From a virus, in the IMG/VR virus record IMGVR_UViG_3300045988_157946: DNA of 38,786 nt; one strand, given 5' to 3'. The notes beneath the pieces are model-generated. The model worked only from the letters and a program-made list of their open reading frames with translations, was not told the origin of the DNA and searched no databases. The first letter of the stretch is position 1, and every line of letters begins with the position of its first letter. A program made the position numbers and the translations under genes. This document shows, in pieces, positions 31,594 through 38,736 of the stretch.

Positions 31594-33270
31594 TCACCCT
31601 GCTGCTACTGCGTTAAATTCTTTCATATTGTCGCAAGATTTATCACACAGCCATTTACAATTTGCCATAACAAGCGCTTTTGAAAACGGCGGCGGTACTG
31701 CGTTACCGCACCTTGCTACTTGCTTTGTCTTGTTATATTCCTTGCCGTTGCAATCCTTATCAATGATATAATCATCCGGGAACCCCTGCGCCTTGTATAA
31801 TTCTTTAGGCTGCAGCATTCTCAGTCCGATATCAGATATAAAATACTCAACTCCGTTAATACAGAAAATAAGCACCTGATTAGCTGATATATTCCAATCT
31901 GTGTAGGTGTTGAGCAACTCTCTTATCTCATTCCAATGACCGAGGTTTTTACTATCGTATTCTCTCAAATAAACATCCGTCTTTGCAAAGTGATTTGCGT
32001 GAGCTGTTATAGTGGGAAGCGGCTCATTAATAGCTTTACAGTCCATATTTTTGCGGAGTATAGTTATATAGCTTTCGCATAAGAAATGCCGAGGCTTAAC
32101 AGTTACTGTTTGCAAAGGATTTAAAACGCTGTTAGCGTGGTCTGCACCGCCGTAATACTGAGTTAAATATGGCATAGTCAGCGAATTATGGTCTATTGCC
32201 GTAACGGTTGGTAATGGTTTATCAATTTTGCTGCCGACAACACCGCCAAAGTATTTAGAAAGATACGGTGTAAAAAGAGCATATCTCGGTGAGCCGTCGA
32301 TTGTATAAATAGGTTGATTGAGTTGTTGACCTCTCACTTCCGATTTAGCCGTTTCGCTGTGATATTGAATTAATGCAGGAGAAACAAGATATTGCTTGCA
32401 GCTGCTTACTATCGTTGTAAGCGGCTTGTCTATATCCTGCAAGCGTGGCTTTTGACCTTTTCGCTCGCCGTAGCCGATAGGAATGATAAATGGCTTTTCT
32501 TCCTTAATCACAAATTTTTCAAGTCCTCTTGCGATTCGTCTTAAAGTATTCGTTACAAGCGGCTTTTTTCGCTCAAAAATGCTTTGAGCAGGCAAAGAAA
32601 AATCTATACAGTCGGCGGCGGTTTTCCATGGCTTAAGCTTGCCACTCTTAACTTCTTCGCTATTTGGGTCACCATGTGTAGGCTTCGGGAAAACTATAGG
32701 TTCACCGTCACACCTCGCTACAAGAAAGAATCGCTTTCTTATAGTCGGCGCACCATAGTCACAAGCTCTCAACTCTCTATGCTCAATCTCATATCCGAGT
32801 GCCGAAAGTTGACTTTTCCAACGTTCAAATGTTTGACCCTGCTTTGACTTAACCGGCTTACCTTTGCGTACAGGGCCCCAAGTCTGAAACTCTTCTACAT
32901 TTTCAAGAATAATAACCCTCGGTCTTACCGTTCCTGCCCATTTGAGGACAATCCACGCAAGCCCTCTTATATTCTTATCGACAGGCTTACCGCCTTTAGC
33001 CTTGCTGAAGTGCTTGCAGTCAGGAGAAAACCAAGCAAGTCCTACCTTATGACCTTGGCATATTTCCTTTGGGTTAATATCCCATACGCTCTCTTGATAA
33101 TGACGAGTGTACGGATGATTTGCTTTGTGCATTGCAATGGCGTCCGGGTCGTGGTTAATAGCTATGTCAACAGGTCGCCCTGTTGCGAGTTCAATTCCGC
33201 AGGAAGCACCACCTCCACCTGCAAAGTTGTCAATAATCAATTCATCAAGAAAGTTTAACTGTCCTTTCAT
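31594..33270 (-). CDS. dcm: DNA (cytosine-5)-methyltransferase
   Basis: Motif I DNFAGGGGAS, motif IV SPDCKHFSKAKG, motif VI ILENVEEF, and C-terminal QGFPDDY and CGNAVPP. Confidence 0.85.
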   Translation of the reverse strand: MKGQLNFLDELIIDNFAGGGGASCGIELATGRPVDIAINHDPDAIAMHKANHPYTRHYQESVWDINPKEICQGHKVGLAWFSPDCKHFSKAKGGKPVDKNIRGLAWIVLKWAGTVRPRVIILENVEEFQTWGPVRKGKPVKSKQGQTFERWKSQLSALGYEIEHRELRACDYGAPTIRKRFFLVARCDGEPIVFPKPTHGDPNSEEVKSGKLKPWKTAADCIDFSLPAQSIFERKKPLVTNTLRRIARGLEKFVIKEEKPFIIPIGYGERKGQKPRLQDIDKPLTTIVSSCKQYLVSPALIQYHSETAKSEVRGQQLNQPIYTIDGSPRYALFTPYLSKYFGGVVGSKIDKPLPTVTAIDHNSLTMPYLTQYYGGADHANSVLNPLQTVTVKPRHFLCESYITILRKNMDCKAINEPLPTITAHANHFAKTDVYLREYDSKNLGHWNEIRELLNTYTDWNISANQVLIFCINGVEYFISDIGLRMLQPKELYKAQGFPDDYIIDKDCNGKEYNKTKQVARCGNAVPPPFSKALVMANCKWLCDKSCDNMKEFNAVAAG

Positions 33271-33452
33271 TCTCTTCCCTCCAACTCAACCTTTTCGTAC
33301 GTGCCGGTACCGTGCGATATTGAAGATAAAACCGTATTCTTTGTTGCGCCGACTAATCGGGCAAGCTCAACTGCGGAATCGGCAACGGCAACCGGCAATC
33401 TGTATTTATCGTTTGTCACTTTCATGTAACAACAGTTTTTCGCAACCCTCAT
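33267..33452 (-). CDS. Small HTH-like protein with the YRLPVAVADSAVELARLVG motif
   Basis: 61 aa. The GAGGAA RBS lies inside the ssb 3' end. It overlaps the methyltransferase start by ATGA. The motif is encoded by repeat copy 33365..33403. Confidence 0.55.
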   Translation of the reverse strand: MRVAKNCCYMKVTNDKYRLPVAVADSAVELARLVGATKNTVLSSISHGTGTYEKVELEGRE

Positions 33453-33817
33453 TATTCTATTTCCTCAAATTCTGTATTTTCGTTTACTTGCGCCGGGGTT
33501 TGTCCTTTTTCGCCGCAAAAGCTGACCTGATTTGCAATCACTTTTACGCTTTTTCTGTTTTCGCCTGTGTTTGCAACATAATTATCTGTTTGCAGTCTGC
33601 CCTCAATTGCAATCATTGAGCCTTTGTGAAAATACCTTTTCACAAACTCGGCAGTCTGCCGCCAAGCGGTACAATCTATAAAGTCACAAGCACGGTTGTC
33701 CTTGGAATAGCCTCGGTCAACCGCAATTTGAAAGTTAATAAAAGACGTGCCCTCATTTGTAGCCATTAACTCAGGCTCATACGTGAGCCGTCCCATTAAA
33801 ACAACACTATTTATCAT
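33452..33817 (-). CDS. ssb: Single-stranded DNA-binding protein (start re-assigned to Met9)
   Basis: OB-fold signature MINSVVLMGRLTYEPEL...FIDCTAWRQTAEFV...GSMIAIEGRLQ. The C-terminal tail EFEEIE is acidic. GGGGAG lies 5 nt upstream of the ATG at 33817. Confidence 0.8.
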   Translation of the reverse strand: MINSVVLMGRLTYEPELMATNEGTSFINFQIAVDRGYSKDNRACDFIDCTAWRQTAEFVKRYFHKGSMIAIEGRLQTDNYVANTGENRKSVKVIANQVSFCGEKGQTPAQVNENTEFEEIE

Positions 33818-34118
33818 CTTTGCTCCCCTTAGGTACTTCAATACACATTCCTTTTGAGCCTATTAAGCTCTTTAAAACACAATAATTAATCTCCTGCTTC
33901 GGATATCTCTTCATTGTGCCTTTTATCATTTCCGTAACTTGTTCAAGTGCAAAAAGAATAAAACTTGTTTCGACAGCTGAACTCGGTGTTATTACTGATA
34001 CAATATTATCAACTTCAAGCTGAGCAATTTTTAAGTAATTTTCCTTACTTTTCTTTCCGTCCGTCATTCCTTCCATAAGAAGTTGGCTTACTTTTTCAAT
34101 TCTTTCCTCTGATGTCAT
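33807..34118 (-). CDS. Hypothetical protein (start re-assigned, ATGA overlap with the upstream stop)
   Basis: The ATG at 34118..34116 overlaps the TGA at 34117..34115. Confidence 0.5.
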   Translation of the reverse strand: MTSEERIEKVSQLLMEGMTDGKKSKENYLKIAQLEVDNIVSVITPSSAVETSFILFALEQVTEMIKGTMKRYPKQEINYCVLKSLIGSKGMCIEVPKGSKDDK

Positions 34119-34717
34119 AATATATCCTCTCCGCACGAATGCATTAAAATATCTTTTTTTACCTGTTCAATATCATATGTAGGCTTGCAACTCAGTCTGT
34201 TTGGGTCGAATGCCTGATACTCGTTTAGGTACTCGGCAAAGCGTGTACTAAAAAGCGTTGACGGCCGCAAGTATAAGCTCATTTTCGGGTCATTTCCCCA
34301 ACTTTTGAATTTCTTGTCAATTACCGTCTTGAAATCCTTAACCGTGTAACCCTCATTCATTCTTGCCCTGATTAACTCTTTCATTTTTTTGCCATTCGGC
34401 TTATAGTGCGCACCGATTTTATTATTAAGATATTCAACAATAACCTTGATATCGTCGGTGCTCATATCCCCAGCGCTCTTGTCTGCCTGCTGCCATTCGA
34501 CATCAGGCAAATCATATACCACCTTTTCAACGACGGCTATCTTGCCCTCGCATTCGTATGTAATCTTAAGCTTATGCTTCGGCTTAGCCTTGTATAGCTC
34601 GCAGTCAACAACTGACCTCGTTAAATCGTCAAGCGTAATCTGCGTAAAATCCGCTTTGCATTTTTCAAAACTTTCATTCCTGCAGCTTGGGCAAATATCA
34701 TTTGTAAAAACTTCCAT
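34115..34717 (-). CDS. Replication-associated protein with a DnaD/phage 'conserved C-terminus' domain and an N-terminal Cys-rich region
   Basis: The C-terminal pattern VEYLNNKIGAHYKPNGKKMKELIRARMNEGYTVKDFKTVIDKKFKSWGNDPKMSLYLRPSTLFS.RFAEYLN matches my recollection of the Phg_2220_C/DnaD-like domain. Confidence 0.65.
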   Translation of the reverse strand: MEVFTNDICPSCRNESFEKCKADFTQITLDDLTRSVVDCELYKAKPKHKLKITYECEGKIAVVEKVVYDLPDVEWQQADKSAGDMSTDDIKVIVEYLNNKIGAHYKPNGKKMKELIRARMNEGYTVKDFKTVIDKKFKSWGNDPKMSLYLRPSTLFSTRFAEYLNEYQAFDPNRLSCKPTYDIEQVKKDILMHSCGEDIL

Positions 34718-34747
34718 ATTTTTTCAACTCCTATTGATTTTTTATAA

Positions 34748-34790
34748 GAGTTGTGATAACATAATAGTGTTGTATGGGTTATCACAACTC
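34748..34790 (-). promoter_or_regulatory. Perfect 13-bp inverted repeat (17-nt loop) between the early genes and the replication genes
   Basis: GAGTTGTGATAAC (34748..34760) pairs with GTTATCACAACTC (34778..34790). It overlaps the stop codon of the upstream small gene. No clear U-tract follows. Confidence 0.5.
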
Positions 34791-34971
34791 ATTTAATGCT
34801 GTGCAATATGTATTCCCACTCGGCATTATCGGAGAATATATATCGGCACTTTCTTTCAAAGTCATTCCGCTTGCGGAGTGGCTTTTTCTTTTTCCTTATT
34901 CTAATAGCGATTAAACACACTGCGCAATAAAATGCAAAAGTAGCAAGCACAATCAGCGGCAATTTATACAT
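34789..34971 (-). CDS. Small single-TM protein (start re-assigned to Met14)
   Basis: AGGAAG RBS upstream of the ATG at 34971. TM segment LPLIVLATFAFYCAVCLIAI followed by RIRKKKK. Confidence 0.5.
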   Translation of the reverse strand: MYKLPLIVLATFAFYCAVCLIAIRIRKKKKPLRKRNDFERKCRYIFSDNAEWEYILHSIK

Positions 34972-34982
34972 TTTTTCACTTC

Positions 34983-35186
34983 CTAACTCATTAATCTTGC
35001 AAGCGCACATTTGCTTATGTACTCAGATTTTCCGATTTTTTTAAATTCTTTCTTCCACGTAGTAAGTAAAGTGCGGCGGTCTATGCCGGTTACTTTTGAT
35101 ACTTGTGTAAGATTTAACATTTCTCCCTCAGGAAAATAAGTGTTAATTCTCATAAGGTTATCTCGGTAATCTTCCTTTTCTCGCAT
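34983..35186 (-). CDS. Small HTH DNA-binding protein (early regulator or excisionase candidate)
   Basis: 67 aa. MLNLTQVSKVTGIDRRTLLTTWKKEFKKIGKSEYIS resembles excisionase/MerR-type HTH_17 proteins. Confidence 0.5.
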   Translation of the reverse strand: MREKEDYRDNLMRINTYFPEGEMLNLTQVSKVTGIDRRTLLTTWKKEFKKIGKSEYISKCALARLMS

Positions 35187-35217
35187 ATTTATTTACACTT
35201 CCTTTCGCATTTTTTTA

Positions 35218-35403
35218 CACTAACACTTAACCAAAACAGCAGAGCTAACTATCTATAACTTAAGAAAAGGGGGTTATGTTTGATTTATTCATATATTTTT
35301 GGAGAAAATAAAACTATGGAGTTGATAGCTTTTCGACTGATTTCAGTTGAACAGTAAGGGGATATTTCAGCCTGCACCCTGCTGCCTTGATTAAGTGTTA
35401 GTG
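35218..35403. repeat. 13-bp perfect inverted repeat pair enclosing 160 nt of non-coding DNA
   Basis: CACTAACACTTAA (35218..35230) and TTAAGTGTTAGTG (35391..35403). Confidence 0.8.
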
Positions 35404-35408
35404 GATGT

Positions 35409-35424
35409 CTTGCGTATACGTAAG
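35409..35424. promoter_or_regulatory. Operator-like site O3 (CTTGCG-N4-CGTAAG) just downstream of cro
   Basis: CTTGCGTATACGTAAG has the same half-sites as the two sites in the cI-cro intergenic region. Confidence 0.5.
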
Positions 35425-35631
35425 TTATGCTGCAAAAAAAATAGAGTCAACTTCATCTGCAGACAAATTGAATAACACTTTAATCATTTTAATTTCATTA
35501 CGATTAAATTCCGTTTCACCTTTTATCTTTCGTGAAATAGAGGCTTCGCTTATTCCTAATTTATCCGCAAGCACAGCTTGACTCATTTCATTTTCTGCCA
35601 TTATTCCTTTTAAACGATTTGATTTAAACAT
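35425..35631 (-). CDS. Cro-like XRE-family HTH regulator
   Basis: 68 aa. MSQAVLADKLGISEASISRKIKGETEF is an HTH. AAAGGAG RBS. It is divergent from the repressor gene. Confidence 0.8.
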   Translation of the reverse strand: MFKSNRLKGIMAENEMSQAVLADKLGISEASISRKIKGETEFNRNEIKMIKVLFNLSADEVDSIFFAA

Positions 35632-35646
35632 AAAAAATGCTCCTTT

Positions 35647-35690
35647 CTTGCGTTTCCGTAAGTTAAATATATCACTTACTTATCCGTAAG
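35647..35690. promoter_or_regulatory. Operator-like sites O1/O2 in the switch region
   Basis: CTTGCGTTTCCGTAAG (35647..35662) and CTTACTTATCCGTAAG (35675..35690). The second lies inside the spacer of the cro promoter and the first between its -10 and the RBS. Confidence 0.55.
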
Positions 35691-35694
35691 TCAA
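35666..35694 (-). promoter_or_regulatory. Early lytic promoter (PR-like)
   Basis: On the - strand TTGACT (reverse complement of 35689..35694), a 17-nt spacer, then TATATT (reverse complement of 35666..35671). Confidence 0.65.
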
Positions 35695-35733
35695 TACTTT
35701 TTTGTAATTTTCTTTCTTTTCTGCAAGTTTTTG

Positions 35734-35762
35734 TTGCATTTTTGCAATACACTCTTTATAAT
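35734..35762 (+). promoter_or_regulatory. Repressor promoter (PRM-like)
   Basis: TTGCAT (35734..35739), a 17-nt spacer, then TATAAT (35757..35762). The region also contains TGCAA/TTGCA inverted repeats. Confidence 0.6.
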
Positions 35763-35794
35763 AAAATAAAAGAGCAAAGAAAAGAGGGATAAAA

Positions 35795-36232
35795 ATGGAT
35801 ACAAAAGATATATTAAAAAGCAAACGTAAAGAGCTTAATTTAAGTCAAAAAGAAGTTGCCGACTACGTAGGTGTAAGTGAAGCCACCGTTTCTCGTTGGG
35901 AATCAGGTAACATTGCAAATATGGGTAGAGATAAAATAGCATTACTTTCCAAAATATTAAAATTATCACCAAGCGTGATAGCCGGCTATGCAGATATAAA
36001 CGATTTTGAAACACCTTTTATATTAACTAAAGAGGAAAAAGAATTAGTAACTGCATACCGTAACAAACCTGAAATGCAATCAGCAGTAAACACTCTTCTC
36101 GGAATCAGTAATAATTCACAAAGAACAGTTGAATATCCTATGGCTGCACGTACTAATGCTAAAAAAATAAAACTCTCAGCGCAGGAAGTTGAGAGCTTGA
36201 AAAAAGCTAAAGAATATAATGAGGATATATAG
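35795..36232 (+). CDS. CI-like XRE-family repressor without a peptidase domain (ImmR-type)
   Basis: N-terminal HTH LSQKEVADYVGVSEATVSRWESGN. 145 aa with no S24 Ser-Lys domain, and followed by immA. Confidence 0.8.
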   Translation: MDTKDILKSKRKELNLSQKEVADYVGVSEATVSRWESGNIANMGRDKIALLSKILKLSPSVIAGYADINDFETPFILTKEEKELVTAYRNKPEMQSAVNTLLGISNNSQRTVEYPMAARTNAKKIKLSAQEVESLKKAKEYNEDI

Positions 36233-36305
36233 TTTATTATAATTACCAATATTTACCTGTATAATTTATTACTGCAAACATTTAAAATGTTTGTGGTGAT
36301 GAAAA

Positions 36306-36887
36306 ATGATAAATTATGGAAAATACAAATACGTACGCAACGCTTCATGGCAAGTCCTTTTAGATTATAACGTAAGGCAATTGCCGGTAAAAATAACCGA
36401 TATCGCAAAACAAGCCGATATTAAAGTTGTAAAAAATAGTGATTGTCATCTCCTCAAAGATAATCAAATAGGGTTAAGCATACTTATAGACAGCAAATGG
36501 TATATTGTTTTCGACGATAATATGTCATCAGAAAGAGCACGATTTACTATTGCACACGAACTCGGTCATATATTCTTGGGCCACATATCCTTGCTTAACA
36601 GAAGCGAAAGCGATAATGAATATAAAGAAAAGCCTGAAGAAGAAACACAAGCTGATATGTTTGCCGCTCGGCTACTTGCACCGGCTTGTGTCCTTTGGGG
36701 GCTTCACTTACATAGCGCAAATGAAATTTCGCAGATATGCAACATTTCTTATCAAGCCGCTACATACAGAGCGCAACGTATGGAATTGCTTTATAAGCGA
36801 AATAAGTTTTTAACAAGCCAATTAGAAAGAAAAGTTTATTCAAACTTTGAGGATTTTATAAAACAATATAATAAGGGGATAAAATGA
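36306..36887 (+). CDS. immA: ImmA/IrrE-family (M78) zinc metallopeptidase, anti-repressor protease
   Basis: HEXXH motif in FTIAHELGHIFLGH. The gene order repressor-then-protease is the same as in ICEBs1 ImmR/ImmA. Confidence 0.8.
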   Translation: MINYGKYKYVRNASWQVLLDYNVRQLPVKITDIAKQADIKVVKNSDCHLLKDNQIGLSILIDSKWYIVFDDNMSSERARFTIAHELGHIFLGHISLLNRSESDNEYKEKPEEETQADMFAARLLAPACVLWGLHLHSANEISQICNISYQAATYRAQRMELLYKRNKFLTSQLERKVYSNFEDFIKQYNKGIK

Positions 36888-37507
36888 AAGACGAATATAA
36901 TTTAACTGAGCAAGAATTATTGTATAAGCTCGCTACTGAAAACGGTTCATATATTTCTAAAAATACTTTTGAAAAAATAAAATCATCTATGCGAAAGGTT
37001 GATATCAATGTCGGTATATATGAATTTAGTATAGATACGTCACGTAATTTTAATAATTATGCAGCATACTATGTTGTTGAAAATAGCGGAAATGGCAGAG
37101 GTCATCTTTTTTGTGCAGATAGCACTAATGTTTGTGAATTTATACACAACGGTGAAGAACTGTATTTATATAATTGCAGCTATCAATTAAAAGAAAAGGA
37201 AAAATTAAACAACAATGCAAAACAAATACTCGGCATAATTCTTTCATTAATAATTCTATTATGTGCATCGTTTGCACTCGGACCGTTATACGGAAAGCCT
37301 CGTATTCTTCTCGCAGGTCCTATTGCTTTGATAGGAATTTATCAAATAGCCAAATGGCTAATTCCCAACTTCACTGATAAAATATCACTTAAAAAGGATG
37401 ATTATCAAAAAGCACTTTATGTATCATATACTATCGGTCAAAATGACAAAGAATTAGAAATCAATGTAAGAAATAAGAGAGATAAATATTACGAAGAACA
37501 GAGATGA
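36884..37507 (+). CDS. Two-TM membrane protein of the lysogeny operon (superinfection-exclusion/defence candidate)
   Basis: 207 aa. ATGA overlap with immA. It has a soluble N-terminal domain of about 110 aa and two TM helices (ILGIILSLIILLCASFALGPL and ILLAGPIALIGIYQIAKWLI). Confidence 0.65.
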   Translation: MKDEYNLTEQELLYKLATENGSYISKNTFEKIKSSMRKVDINVGIYEFSIDTSRNFNNYAAYYVVENSGNGRGHLFCADSTNVCEFIHNGEELYLYNCSYQLKEKEKLNNNAKQILGIILSLIILLCASFALGPLYGKPRILLAGPIALIGIYQIAKWLIPNFTDKISLKKDDYQKALYVSYTIGQNDKELEINVRNKRDKYYEEQR

Positions 37508-37542
37508 TAAAGCGAAAAAACAAAAATGAAAGGAGTATTGTT

Positions 37543-38580
37543 ATGCCTGCTAAAGACTATGAAATAAGAAAAAGAATATATGTACCTCAGCCTGACGGTA
37601 CTAAAAAGCCTAAATTAATATACGCTCATAACGAAGAAGAATTTTTATTTAAAACAAAAAGAGCATTAGCACAAGCGCAGGAAATAATCGAAAATTCCAA
37701 AAATCCAAAATTTAATGATATCGCCGACGAATGGAACGAAAAACATGAAAGTGAAATCGCACATTATACATACGACAGTTATCAGAGACCGCTTAAGGAT
37801 TTAAAGGAAGAATTTGAAGGCAAAACCATTAAGGAAATAACGCCTCTTGATTTGCAGCGCTTTATAACCAGTTACGCTCATAAAGGCTATGCAAAGCAAA
37901 CAATCAAATTAAGAAAAATTGTTGCCACTCAAATATTTGATTTTGCAATTTTAAAAGGGTGTATCAACTCAAATCCGGCATTAGCTGTTAAAGTTCCTAA
38001 GTCAGCTCCAAAAACGGAACGAGAATTACCGAGCGACGTTGACATTAATATAGTAAAACAATCCGTTGACAAAGAATTCGGATTATTTGCTTATCTTGTC
38101 TTATTTACAGGCTGCCGAAAAGGTGAAGCCTTAGCCTTGCGTTATGAAGATATTGATTTTAAAAACAATAAAATTAATATTGATAAAGTTCTTATTTTCA
38201 AAACCTCTTGCAAAAGTGAGATAAGACACAGAACAAAATCAAAAAGCGGTACAAGGATAATTCCGCTCTTAATACCCTTAAAAAATGTTCTACCTCATAA
38301 AACAGGCTATATCTTCAACCAAAACGGAAGTCCACTTACTAAAGCACAATTTGATACAGCTTGGAAACATTACATTAAAGCAACAGGAGTTGAATTAACG
38401 CCGCACCAATTGAGACACGCATTTGCAACAATATGTTACGACGCTGAAATAGGAGTAAAGGACGCTGCCGCCCTCTTAGGACACAGCAAGGTTGAATTAA
38501 CACTTGATATATATACACACATTAAGGAATCAAGAAATACAGTCAACGAAAGAAAGCTCAACGAATATCTTGCAAAATAA
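37543..38580 (+). CDS. int: Tyrosine recombinase (phage integrase); start re-assigned to Met14
   Basis: AAAGGAG lies 8 nt upstream of the ATG at 37543. Catalytic-region motifs HQLRHAFAT and LLGHSKVELTLDIYTH. Confidence 0.9.
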   Translation: MPAKDYEIRKRIYVPQPDGTKKPKLIYAHNEEEFLFKTKRALAQAQEIIENSKNPKFNDIADEWNEKHESEIAHYTYDSYQRPLKDLKEEFEGKTIKEITPLDLQRFITSYAHKGYAKQTIKLRKIVATQIFDFAILKGCINSNPALAVKVPKSAPKTERELPSDVDINIVKQSVDKEFGLFAYLVLFTGCRKGEALALRYEDIDFKNNKINIDKVLIFKTSCKSEIRHRTKSKSGTRIIPLLIPLKNVLPHKTGYIFNQNGSPLTKAQFDTAWKHYIKATGVELTPHQLRHAFATICYDAEIGVKDAAALLGHSKVELTLDIYTHIKESRNTVNERKLNEYLAK

Positions 38581-38601
38581 AAGTATCACAAAAGTATCAC
38601 A
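38580..38601 (+). repeat. Tandem 11-bp repeat AAAGTATCACA x2 (candidate arm-type integrase sites)
   Basis: 38580..38590 and 38591..38601, immediately after the int stop codon. The inverted GTGATAC heptamer occurs at 124..130 and 293..299 in the opposite arm. Confidence 0.4.
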
Positions 38602-38690
38602 CTTTATTGCAAAATTATGCTATATTTTGTAACTTTTTGTCGGTATAATTCACAATATCAAACACGTATTAATTTCACATAAAGATATAG

Positions 38691-38736
38691 AAAAAGCCTT
38701 GAAACCCCTTAAATAAAAGGATTTCAAGGCTTTTTT
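38691..38736. terminator. Bidirectional hairpin terminator between int and the tRNA 3' end
   Basis: AAAAAGCCTTGAAACCCCTT-aaataa-AAGGATTTCAAGGCTTTTT, with T-runs on both strands. Confidence 0.7.

Noticed and set aside
33125-33619. 164-codon + strand ORF
   Set aside because: It is antisense to the methyltransferase N-terminus, the small HTH gene and ssb. There is no RBS and the composition is implausible.
34751-34787. DnaA boxes in the arms of the 13-bp inverted repeat (TTATCACAA)
   Set aside because: The sequence lacks one base relative to the TTATCCACA consensus, and the resemblance is probably coincidental.
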